Shown in pieces: positions 9,784 through 18,336 of a stretch of DNA of 27,615 nt. The DNA is taken from NCBI GenBank assembly GCA_049903315.1, contig JBNGBT010000018.1:1-27615 (forward strand). Reading direction: 5' to 3'. Position numbers and translations under genes: made by a program. The notes below the pieces were generated by a model that searched no databases, had not been told where the DNA came from, and saw only the letters and a program-made list of their open reading frames with translations. This DNA is from Candidatus Cloacimonadota bacterium (GTDB lineage Bacteria; Cloacimonadota; Cloacimonadia; JGIOTU-2). Positions within the stretch are counted from its first letter, which is position 1; each line of letters starts with the position of its first letter.

Positions 9784-12102
9784 ATGAAAATGAAAACAAA
9801 AGGCGGTCTTTGTGTTGCATTATTAATAGGTATGCTCTTCTTGACGCATACTGCTGCCTGCGACACACAAAAAAACAATCTTTATCCAAAACTTTCACGC
9901 GTCGATACAACCCAGACACTGGCAAGCTTCGATCATGTAGGCAAATTCCATACGATTGACTTTATAGGTGATTATAGTGACATTCTCGACTTTGTGAATA
10001 GTTGGTTTTCTGATGGAAAATCTCAGGGTGCCAATCACTTCTTTTGCAGTCTATTTTCTGCCCTGGGTGATCAGAACGAGCTATTACTCGGAAGGAATTT
10101 CGACAATCCCTATTGTGACATTCTGGCTGGAAGATATAATCCTCCGGACGGCTATTCTTCTATTGCTCTTAACCGGTTAGCTGATATTGGTCTGCCTGCA
10201 AGTACCAACTTCAACAATCTTACCTATGCTCAGAGTCTAAGATTGTTATACTCCCCCTATTTTGCTGCAGACGGAGTGAATGAAGCCGGTCTCGCGATTG
10301 GTATAGCGTACGTGCCGGGAGTTCAAATTCAGGTTGATCCTACTAAAGAAAGTGTGTGGGTAACCCGCGTAATACGTGAAGTTCTTGATTATGCGAGCAC
10401 TGTCGACGAAGCATTAGTCATTGCAAATAGCTTCAATGTCTTTGATACCGGTGCCAACAATGATATACTTTCCCATCATTATATTGTGACAGATGCAAGT
10501 GGCGCTTCGTATATCCTGGAATATGTGGTTGACCAATTCATTGCGATCGAACCAACAGTTGATTGGCAGGTTCTTACCAACTCACATATTTATAATGTCC
10601 CTCTTTATCAATTGCTGAATGGGTGCTGGAGATATAATATCCTTTATTCATCTCTACAAAATTATGGCGGTTGTGTAGATTATCTGGAGGGTTTTGGTCT
10701 ACTCTCCGATGTTTCATGGGGAACTCCATCCAATGGGACAGAATGGTCAACTATGTATGATATAAATAATGAAGGAGTGTTCATATCTACCTATCGCGAT
10801 TTCGAAAGTCTTGTATATGTTGATGTTGAAAATTTTGAATTTGTGAATTACGGGAATGTGAATGTGGAGTATATCTCCTACTCTGATGCTGATGACAATT
10901 ACATTATCGAGCCGGGAGAACCAGCAGAAATAGTTATGATGATAGAGCCGGAATATATGAGTACGGGAACAGTCCTTCTCCTTGAAACCGATGATCCGGC
11001 AGTGCAGTGTATAAACGATGAAATTTATTTAGGCACTATCGCAGCAGGTGAATTTGCCAGCAACTTTGATGATCCTTTTATCATTGTTCCGGCTGATGAT
11101 ATTACTCCTCACTCCGTTTTATTTACAATTACTATTGTAACTGATTACGGCTACGAATGCGATTTTGAGTTTGAACTTTTTTTGGGTCTTGGAAATGTTC
11201 TTTTGGTGAATGGTGACTCGGACCAGCAATACTCGTCATATTTTCAGGAAGCGCTCGTACAGACAGATCGTATTGGTCATCTTTGGGATAGGAATACCTG
11301 GGGTGAGGTACCCGGATCTTTGTATGATGAATATAATTCTCTGATCTGGTTTACCGGAGATACTTCTGAAAATATACTTTCAACCGTAGAAAGAAATGCA
11401 TTAAAAAATTATATGGATTCCAGCGGAAATGTTTTTATGACCGGGCAGGATGTGTGTGATGATATAAAAGACACAGAACTCTTCACTGACTACTTTCATG
11501 CAGTACACGATCTCTATGCATGGCCCTTTTATGACATTGCAGGATGTGACGGAGATCCGGTCGGAGAAGATCTTTTCTTTTCGATTTCAGGAGGAGATGG
11601 CGCTGATAACCAGGTAACACAGAGTTCCATCGATGCAGATGACCAGGCGGCTCTGGTGTGTATCTATGATGGGTGTGCCGCAAACTGCGGTGTGCGTTAT
11701 GAAGGCGATTACAAAAGTATACTTCTGAGTTTTGGCTTTGAGGCAATATCCACTTTGGAGGATAGAACTGACCTCATGGATCGTATTATGTCATATTTTG
11801 ACGTTCCGGTAAGTACTGAACCAACACACGATCAAGAAAACAGAATAATCCTAGAACCCAACTTCCCCAATCCCTTCTCAACCTCAACCAAAATATCCTT
11901 CTCTCTCCCCCACCCGGAAAAGGTAAAGATCCAGATATACAATCTAAAAGGACAACTCGTTAAAACACTACTCGATGAAAATAAACCTGCGGGAGAACAT
12001 TCATTAGAATTGTACCCCAAAGAGATGAATTCTGGAATTTATTTCTGTAAATTATCAACGAATAAAGCATCTTCCATACAAAAGTTAGTAATTATAAAAT
12101 AA
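9784..12102 (+). CDS. Secreted Ntn-hydrolase (linear amide C-N hydrolase / choloylglycine hydrolase-like) with CTD
   Basis: Candidate nucleophile CSLFSA followed by LLGRNFD, DGVNEAGLAI, HYIVTDASG, LTN and TEWSTMYD, then accessory domains and an NFPNPF CTD. Confidence 0.82.
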   Translation: MKMKTKGGLCVALLIGMLFLTHTAACDTQKNNLYPKLSRVDTTQTLASFDHVGKFHTIDFIGDYSDILDFVNSWFSDGKSQGANHFFCSLFSALGDQNELLLGRNFDNPYCDILAGRYNPPDGYSSIALNRLADIGLPASTNFNNLTYAQSLRLLYSPYFAADGVNEAGLAIGIAYVPGVQIQVDPTKESVWVTRVIREVLDYASTVDEALVIANSFNVFDTGANNDILSHHYIVTDASGASYILEYVVDQFIAIEPTVDWQVLTNSHIYNVPLYQLLNGCWRYNILYSSLQNYGGCVDYLEGFGLLSDVSWGTPSNGTEWSTMYDINNEGVFISTYRDFESLVYVDVENFEFVNYGNVNVEYISYSDADDNYIIEPGEPAEIVMMIEPEYMSTGTVLLLETDDPAVQCINDEIYLGTIAAGEFASNFDDPFIIVPADDITPHSVLFTITIVTDYGYECDFEFELFLGLGNVLLVNGDSDQQYSSYFQEALVQTDRIGHLWDRNTWGEVPGSLYDEYNSLIWFTGDTSENILSTVERNALKNYMDSSGNVFMTGQDVCDDIKDTELFTDYFHAVHDLYAWPFYDIAGCDGDPVGEDLFFSISGGDGADNQVTQSSIDADDQAALVCIYDGCAANCGVRYEGDYKSILLSFGFEAISTLEDRTDLMDRIMSYFDVPVSTEPTHDQENRIILEPNFPNPFSTSTKISFSLPHPEKVKIQIYNLKGQLVKTLLDENKPAGEHSLELYPKEMNSGIYFCKLSTNKASSIQKLVIIK

Positions 12103-12120
12103 GCTAAATTCATCAAACCT

Positions 12121-12147
12121 TATATCAATTTGATATATTATATATCA
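12121..12147. promoter_or_regulatory. Two overlapping perfect palindromes, candidate enhancer (UAS)
   Basis: TATATCAA-T-TTGATATA (12121-12137) and TGATATAT-T-ATATATCA (12131-12147), 100-125 bp upstream of a -24/-12 box. Confidence 0.5.
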
Positions 12148-12245
12148 TTCACACAATGATTTCAGGTCATTTATACATTCTTTATTTCAATTAATTATTT
12201 TTTAACTCCATGTCAGTAAGCAGGTTACTAAATTCTCAATAATTT

Positions 12246-12262
12246 TTGGCACGGAACTTGTA
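12246..12262 (+). promoter_or_regulatory. Sigma54 (RpoN) -24/-12 promoter
   Basis: TTGGCACG-GAAC-TTGTA versus consensus YTGGCACG-N4-TTGCW. Spacing is exact and the one mismatch is GC to GT at -12. The site is intergenic and correctly oriented. Confidence 0.7.
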
Positions 12263-12297
12263 CTATAGAAAAGAAAAAAGTACATAGAGGTGTTCAC

Positions 12298-12366
12298 ATG
12301 AAGCAAAGATCAATACTATTAATATGGAAAGATAGAAAGAAACTATATAACCTCCCTAAGAAATAA
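12298..12366 (+). CDS. Putative 22-aa small peptide MKQRSILLIWKDRKKLYNLPKK
   Basis: SD GAGGTG just upstream of ATG 12298, and first ORF after the sigma54 box. It is too short for the supplied ORF track. Confidence 0.45.
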   Translation: MKQRSILLIWKDRKKLYNLPKK

Positions 12367-12377
12367 CATAGCTTCAC

Positions 12378-12434
12378 AAAGGGAAGCACCTCTTCTTCGC
12401 AAACAGAAGAGTCCCCCGCTTCCCTTCCCTTTTT
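12378..12434 (+). terminator. Structured leader hairpin, possible attenuator
   Basis: Outer stem AAGGGAAGC/GCTTCCCTT, inner stem CTCTTCT/AGAAGAG, followed by CCCTTTTT. Confidence 0.5.
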
Positions 12435-12464
12435 CAAAATTTCAAATAATGAAAGGAGAAACAA

Positions 12465-13679
12465 ATGAAAAAGTTAAGTGTAATCCTGGTTGTCTTGCTC
12501 TTCGGAGCAGCAGCAATGCTCAATGCAGATGAACCCTTCACATATGCCGTGGACGGATGGGGACAGGAGGATGTCGAAATCAATATTGATATGTCTGATC
12601 TGGAAAAATTGAAAGATCTCAAGAATCTCAATGAAGATCAATTGAAGAAGATCCAGATTTCCATGTCAGGTGATTACGGTGCGGACACTCCCCTACTCGG
12701 CGTGTATCTTGCAGATATGACCTTCAAAGAAGCTTACGAAATGCACTATGATTATAATTATGGTGTCCTTCTTGCCGGCATCGTACCTGGTGGTGGAGCT
12801 CAACAAGCCGGTCTCATGAAAGGTGATATCATCATGGAGTTCGATGGTCAAAAACCTCGATATGAAGGTCAACTCTCAACTATGATCAAAAGCAAAAAAG
12901 CCGGTCAAGCCGTTGAAATAGTTTTTTTCAGAAATGAGCAAGTCTTCGAAACTGAAGCAGTACTTCAGTCACGCTCAAAACCCAAAATCGATGAAACAAC
13001 AGGTGAAGTTGTTATTTCCCATAAAACCAAAATCGATGCAGGCGGCGGTGGTGGCGGCTGGATTCCCATGTGGTTTGTGGATAAAAATAAATTTGAAGAC
13101 GTAAATAAAGTAATCGAAGACTTCGGATTTACCCCACTTCATGAAGACGGAATGTTCCTGAATGGATTCGGTGGTAAAGGAAACATCGGCAAAAACTGGT
13201 TCCTTGGTGGACTAGGTGAATGGTATTCAATCGACAGAAAAATGATCGATACTACCGGTGTGAAAAGAATGAAATATAGTCTTGGTTTTGGTGGTGTTAC
13301 TCTTGATAAGCGTATCATGCTCTCCAAAAATCTTGCCACATCCCTGGGCTTTATGCTTGGCTGGGGAGGTCATACCCTCGAGCTTTCTCATGTTGGTGAT
13401 AACTATGATTGGAATCAGTTGAATACTCAACTTGCAAGCTCAAGCAACAATTACGTACAATTAGAGAAAAACTACATTCTCTTCCAACCCAAATTTGAAG
13501 TTCTCTATCGTTTAACCGATTGGCTCGGCATTCGCGCAGAAGTTGGTTATATGCTCAGCTATTCCTATCATAGCGGCTGGAATGCAAACATCTGTGATGA
13601 CATTTTCGAAGTTAAGAATTCACCGGACACCAAACTTGATGGCATGACTATCAGTGTGGGACCATGGTTTGGATTCTAA
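12465..13679 (+). CDS. Secreted PDZ-domain protein fused to a predicted outer-membrane beta-barrel
   Basis: Signal peptide, PDZ motifs (PLLGVYL...GVLLAGIVPGGGAQQAGLMKGDIIMEFDG), then Gly/aromatic-rich amphipathic strands ending in WFGF. SD AAAGGAG. Confidence 0.78.
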   Translation: MKKLSVILVVLLFGAAAMLNADEPFTYAVDGWGQEDVEINIDMSDLEKLKDLKNLNEDQLKKIQISMSGDYGADTPLLGVYLADMTFKEAYEMHYDYNYGVLLAGIVPGGGAQQAGLMKGDIIMEFDGQKPRYEGQLSTMIKSKKAGQAVEIVFFRNEQVFETEAVLQSRSKPKIDETTGEVVISHKTKIDAGGGGGGWIPMWFVDKNKFEDVNKVIEDFGFTPLHEDGMFLNGFGGKGNIGKNWFLGGLGEWYSIDRKMIDTTGVKRMKYSLGFGGVTLDKRIMLSKNLATSLGFMLGWGGHTLELSHVGDNYDWNQLNTQLASSSNNYVQLEKNYILFQPKFEVLYRLTDWLGIRAEVGYMLSYSYHSGWNANICDDIFEVKNSPDTKLDGMTISVGPWFGF

Positions 13680-13693
13680 ATTATTAGCTTAAT

Positions 13694-13722
13694 AAGCCCC
13701 GCCAGATTTGACGGGGCTTTTT
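13694..13722 (+). terminator. Intrinsic terminator-like hairpin
   Basis: AAGCCCCG-10 nt-CGGGGCTT-TTT between the PDZ gene and the next gene. Confidence 0.75.
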
Positions 13723-13736
13723 AGCAAGGAGTCATC

Positions 13737-14495
13737 ATGAAATTTCTAAAAATCCTTATAATCCTGGTTCTTGTACCATTGCTTTTTGCTTCATGCGAGA
13801 TCCGTTTTGACGGCAATAAAATGCGTGTGAAAGGAATTACCCTGGAGTATTCACGAACCATTACTCTTACTGATGATCAGAAAACTGAAACATTCATAAT
13901 CGAAGCCAGTTCTGGAAATATCGAGCTTAAAGGCGGACAGTCCTACGATCTTGAAGTAAAGATCTGGGAAAAATATGAAAATGACGTCACACTCTCTATT
14001 ATAAATGGAAAACTTGTAGGTGAAACTGCATCGGGAAAACCTTATGCAATCGCTTCAATTAAAGGAATCATTCCTATAAATACATCTCTTGATATTGAAA
14101 CAGGAGCAGGGAATATCTCAATAAATGATACAGATGGAAAAGCCCTTGAAGTGGATACCGGCGCAGGAAACATGACTTTTGAAAATTGTAATTTCAAATC
14201 CATGGACTTTTCAACAGGCGCTGGAAATATCAATGTCACCAATATCATGACTGATATTATTCAAATGAATTCAGGTGCAGGTAATATTCTCGTCAAATCT
14301 GTTACTGCTATTGAAATAGATTGCAATACAGGCGTGGGCAATATCGATGTATTCAATTCAACAGCCGAGCAAGCAGATTGCAATTCCGGTATCGGAAATA
14401 TTTCAGTTTCAGAATCCCATTTTGACCGGCACGAATTCGATACAGGTATTGGAAAAGTAAATTATAAAGATAACGGCAAGTCCGTTGAATTATAA
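13737..14495 (+). CDS. DUF4097-like beta-strand repeat lipoprotein
   Basis: Lipobox LFASC and about seven 19-aa repeats of (T/S)G(A/V/I)GN(I/M). SD AAGGAG. Confidence 0.78.
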   Translation: MKFLKILIILVLVPLLFASCEIRFDGNKMRVKGITLEYSRTITLTDDQKTETFIIEASSGNIELKGGQSYDLEVKIWEKYENDVTLSIINGKLVGETASGKPYAIASIKGIIPINTSLDIETGAGNISINDTDGKALEVDTGAGNMTFENCNFKSMDFSTGAGNINVTNIMTDIIQMNSGAGNILVKSVTAIEIDCNTGVGNIDVFNSTAEQADCNSGIGNISVSESHFDRHEFDTGIGKVNYKDNGKSVEL

Positions 14496-14506
14496 GCATA
14501 GCAATT

Positions 14507-14548
14507 AAATGAGGATAGGTAGTGTTTGCTGCTTATCCTCATTTTTTT
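14507..14548 (+). terminator. Intrinsic terminator
   Basis: AAATGAGGATAGGTAG-loop-CTGCTTATCCTCATTT followed by further T residues. Confidence 0.8.
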
Positions 14549-14617
14549 ATTATAAACTTGCCAACTTATTCATAGAATCTTTTGAATGTAGCAACATAGA
14601 TATCAGGAGTACATACA

Positions 14618-15181
14618 ATGTTTGGTGCCCTATCAAAACAAATAACTTCGCTCGTTATTGCTGCCAGTTCGCTCTTCTCGTCCCATGTAACTCCTCTCTT
14701 TGATAATTGTTCGTATCATCTTCAGAATGATGTGCTTGTCTTTTCCGCTCGTATCATCACGTGCTACAATAAAGACATCGAACAGATCATGCAGTCCGGT
14801 CAACAGGTAGTGTTGGAATTCACCTATCGAATACACGAACAGGGCAATGAAACTCCACTTCACATGAATTCTGAATCACATATCATAAAGTATGATGTAG
14901 TTGATAAGTTCTACACTATAGATAAAACGGAAGAGGCAGAAAGCTCCATATTTTTGGATTTTGAAGAAGCAAAACAACATTTTGTCCTCATCGAACTTCT
15001 GGAGATTCAGCATATAGATTTTTTTGAAGAAGGCAGGGAATATTATTTTGTAGTCACCGGAGCTTTACATCCCGTGTATCTTGAAGAAATGGAAAAAAAT
15101 ATAGAATTGATGAAATGTTGGAATAACAAACCTCCCGCTTACCACTCCCCTGCTTTCACACTTCAAGACCTCGAATCATGA
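14618..15181 (+). CDS. Exported protein, DUF4390-like
   Basis: 187 aa with a hydrophobic N-terminus and the pattern IEQIMQSGQQVVLEF...IKYDVVDKFY. ATGA-coupled to an NtrY-like kinase, the usual context of DUF4390. SD AGGAG. Confidence 0.6.
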   Translation: MFGALSKQITSLVIAASSLFSSHVTPLFDNCSYHLQNDVLVFSARIITCYNKDIEQIMQSGQQVVLEFTYRIHEQGNETPLHMNSESHIIKYDVVDKFYTIDKTEEAESSIFLDFEEAKQHFVLIELLEIQHIDFFEEGREYYFVVTGALHPVYLEEMEKNIELMKCWNNKPPAYHSPAFTLQDLES

Positions 15182-16374
15182 AACTCCCCTCCTTTAAATT
15201 ACAGATCATAGCCATAATGTTTATCCTGCTTGTGATATCCGGGCTTTTCACAAGATATTTTTTCATGACTCAGTTCAATGAATATTCCCGGGACATCACT
15301 TCATTGAATTTGTACGACAAGGTGCACGATCTCTATGGAAAACATAAGGACACTATAGATAAAGAAGAAGTGTCTCCTATTCTTACTGACATAAATAAAA
15401 TCGAATTGACCACCTATCTTTTCCGCAAGGAGATGACACTCTACTCCACGCTTTATGTGGTCATTTCCGGACTGGTTGTGCTCATTGTTATGCTCGTTGT
15501 TCTCACACTCATTACAAGACCTCTCAGCCGATTGCAATCCGGCACAAAGACGATCGCTGCAGGAGATCTGCAGACTAAGATCAGAGAATCGAGATTTTCA
15601 CCGATAAATGGACTTATCATTTCTTTTAATAATATGGTAGAAGAACTGGCAAGCAATCGCGATAAGCTTTTGCAGGCAGAAAAAGATATGATGTGGCGAG
15701 AAATGGCGCAGGTCATGGCACATGAGATCAAGAATCCACTCACCCCACTCCGGCTTTCTGCTGAGCGAATGGAAATGAAATACTGGGGTAAAAGCGAAAA
15801 CTTTGATAAGATATTTCAGGACTCAATGGAAGTTATAAATGAAGAAATAAACAACCTGCAGCATCTTGTGAAAGAATTTTCCAAATTTGCACGAATGCCA
15901 TCTGCTAATTTTAATGAATATGACATCAATGAGCAGATTCGAGACATCATTCCTCCCTATCGCGGAAAAGCTGATATCACTCTTACTCTTGATCCTGAGC
16001 TTCCTGCTTTTTATGGTGATAAGATGCAGATGAAACAGGTTTTTGTGAACCTTATCCAAAATGCAATACAGGCTATGTCAACGCGTGGGAACATTGAAAT
16101 AACTTCAAAATATGAGAATGAGACATTTATTTTTATGATCAAAGATTCCGGTGAAGGCATTTCTCCTGAAGATATGGATAGAATATTTCGTCCCTATTAT
16201 ACAACAAAGGAAAAAGGCACTGGTCTCGGGCTTTCAATTGTAAAACGAATGATAAACCAACACGATGGAACAATTGAAGTTGACAGCAAAAAGGATGAAG
16301 GCACTATTTTCATAATAAAAATTAACCTCAGAAAAAAAGACATAGAAGATTACAATGAAAATTTTAGTAATTGA
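15178..16374 (+). CDS. HAMP-domain sensor histidine kinase, NtrY-like
   Basis: Two TM segments, HAMP (ITRPLSRL...SFNNM), H-box WREMAQVMAHEIKNPLTPLRLSAER, N-box NLIQNA, DSGEGI and GTGLGL. Confidence 0.93.
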   Translation: MKLPSFKLQIIAIMFILLVISGLFTRYFFMTQFNEYSRDITSLNLYDKVHDLYGKHKDTIDKEEVSPILTDINKIELTTYLFRKEMTLYSTLYVVISGLVVLIVMLVVLTLITRPLSRLQSGTKTIAAGDLQTKIRESRFSPINGLIISFNNMVEELASNRDKLLQAEKDMMWREMAQVMAHEIKNPLTPLRLSAERMEMKYWGKSENFDKIFQDSMEVINEEINNLQHLVKEFSKFARMPSANFNEYDINEQIRDIIPPYRGKADITLTLDPELPAFYGDKMQMKQVFVNLIQNAIQAMSTRGNIEITSKYENETFIFMIKDSGEGISPEDMDRIFRPYYTTKEKGTGLGLSIVKRMINQHDGTIEVDSKKDEGTIFIIKINLRKKDIEDYNENFSN

Positions 16375-17710
16375 CGACGAAAAAAATATCCGCAGAACAC
16401 TGACGGATATTCTTGAAGACGAGGGCTACACAGTCCTTGATGCAAGCTCTGGTGAAGAAGGTCTGCAGGTTCTTGCGCGTGAAAATATCGATCTTATCCT
16501 CCTGGATGTAAAACTGCCAGGCATGGATGGTATTGAAGTACTTAAAAAAGTTCGCAAAGATTTTCCTTCACTTGATGTGATAATGATTTCAGGGCACAGC
16601 ACAATCAAAACTGCGGTGCAGGCAGTACAGATGGGTGCTTACAATTTTCTTGAAAAACCACTCTCGCTTCATAAGATCATTGTTTCAGCGCGGAATATTT
16701 CTGACAAAATCAAGCTGTACAAAAAATATAATGAAGAGCAGAAGGATATCGAATCCCATTACAAAATGATCGGCATCTCTCCCGAATTCGAACGGGTAAG
16801 AACGCTTATTGATAAGGTCAGTAAAACAGACAGCAAAATTCTCATCCGCGGAGAAAGCGGTACGGGGAAAGAGCTCGTTGCATATGCGATACATAATAAG
16901 AGCGACAGAAAAAATGGTCCTTTTGTGAAATTCAATTCTGCTGCAATCCCAACCGAGCTTGTGGAAAGCGAACTTTTCGGTCATGAAAGAGGTGCATTCA
17001 CCAGCGCTGAAGACAAGAAACTCGGTAAACTTGAAGTCGCTCATGAAGGCACACTTTTCCTCGACGAGATCGGTGATATGAATCTCAATGCTCAGGCAAA
17101 GATGCTGCGAGTCATTCAGGAAGGAAAATTCGAAAGGGTGGGTTCCAACAATGTCATCGATATCGATGTGCGCATTCTTGCTGCGACCAATAAAAACCTT
17201 GAAAAGATGGTTCAGGATGGCACGTTCCGCGAGGATCTCTTTTATCGTCTTAACGTGATTCCCATCGTCATTCCCCCATTGCGGGAACGAATTACGGATA
17301 TACCTGTTCTGCTGGAGTACTACCTTGATTATTATGCAGGTGAATTGAAAGTACACGCTAAGAGATTTTCTTCACAGGCGATGCGGCTCTTGCAGAATTA
17401 TTCATTTCCGGGCAATATTCGGGAACTAAAAAATCTGATCGAGAGATTGTATATTATTTCTTCAGAGAAAATTATTCCTGAAGACGAGGTTGCTCCACAG
17501 ATAAAAATGCTTCCTGTAAAGGATAAAGAGGGAGCACATTTGTTTGAAATTTCTAATTTTACAGAAGCAAAAAAACAGTTTGAAATAGACTATTTGAAAG
17601 AACAGCTTGACAAATATAATTGGAATATAAGTCTTACGGCAGAAAGTATCGGTCTTCAGCAATCCAATCTTTCACGAAAGATGAAGGAGCTCGGGATCGA
17701 TAAACATTAG
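16355..17710 (+). CDS. Sigma54-dependent response regulator (REC-AAA+-Fis HTH), NtrX/NtrC-like
   Basis: REC (VIDDE, LLDVKLPGMDG, FLEKP), Walker A GESGTGKE, GAFTSA, Walker B LFLDEIG, FREDLFYRLN, FPGNIREL and a C-terminal HTH. Confidence 0.95.
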   Translation: MKILVIDDEKNIRRTLTDILEDEGYTVLDASSGEEGLQVLARENIDLILLDVKLPGMDGIEVLKKVRKDFPSLDVIMISGHSTIKTAVQAVQMGAYNFLEKPLSLHKIIVSARNISDKIKLYKKYNEEQKDIESHYKMIGISPEFERVRTLIDKVSKTDSKILIRGESGTGKELVAYAIHNKSDRKNGPFVKFNSAAIPTELVESELFGHERGAFTSAEDKKLGKLEVAHEGTLFLDEIGDMNLNAQAKMLRVIQEGKFERVGSNNVIDIDVRILAATNKNLEKMVQDGTFREDLFYRLNVIPIVIPPLRERITDIPVLLEYYLDYYAGELKVHAKRFSSQAMRLLQNYSFPGNIRELKNLIERLYIISSEKIIPEDEVAPQIKMLPVKDKEGAHLFEISNFTEAKKQFEIDYLKEQLDKYNWNISLTAESIGLQQSNLSRKMKELGIDKH

Positions 17711-17729
17711 AGGCTATGTAGGACTATGT

Positions 17730-18332
17730 ATGAATTTTGAGATTTTAAAGCTTATCATTCTTTCAGTTGCCGGTTATTTGATCGGCTCGCTCTCCTTTAG
17801 TGTGATCATTACCAAACTTGTGACCGGAAGAGACATTCGCAACATTGATTTTAAAAATGCCGGTGCCTATAATGTATTCAAAAATGTCGGCAAGGGATGG
17901 GGATGCGTCGTTGCAGTACTGGATGGCTTAAAAGGGCTCTTTCTCATTTGCATTGGTTTTCTTTTGAAAATGCAGACATCTCATATAATCATCGCTGCTT
18001 CCTTCGTGATCATCGGGCACTGTTTTCCTCTGTATAATCATTTCTACGGCGGACGTGGTGGCGCTCCAATTATCGGAATACTCGTTCCTTTTCTGCCGCT
18101 CGAACTCGTAGTGTGGTTTGTCCCTGCAATACTCATCGGATTGCTTATCAAGCGGCTTGGCTTTTTCCCTGTTTTCTGGCTGTTTTTTGTTTTGATGACC
18201 ATGCTCATCTTTAATTGGTCGCACCTGAGCCAGGATACTGTACATGCCCTGCTCTATGTGATGCTGCTCACAGGTGTGCTGAATACGATCATTATCCTCT
18301 CACGCAGGGATGCTCGGGTTGTAAAAGAATAG
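17730..18332 (+). CDS. PlsY-like glycerol-3-phosphate acyltransferase family membrane protein (degenerate motifs)
   Basis: GYLIGS, DIR...NAGAYN, LDGLKG and GHCFP...GGRG. Confidence 0.75.
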   Translation: MNFEILKLIILSVAGYLIGSLSFSVIITKLVTGRDIRNIDFKNAGAYNVFKNVGKGWGCVVAVLDGLKGLFLICIGFLLKMQTSHIIIAASFVIIGHCFPLYNHFYGGRGGAPIIGILVPFLPLELVVWFVPAILIGLLIKRLGFFPVFWLFFVLMTMLIFNWSHLSQDTVHALLYVMLLTGVLNTIIILSRRDARVVKE

Positions 18333-18336
18333 TATC

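Noticed and set aside
16685..17356. 223-aa antisense ORF and the other short overlapping ORFs in the track
   Set aside because: They are shadows of well-supported genes with no recognisable motifs.
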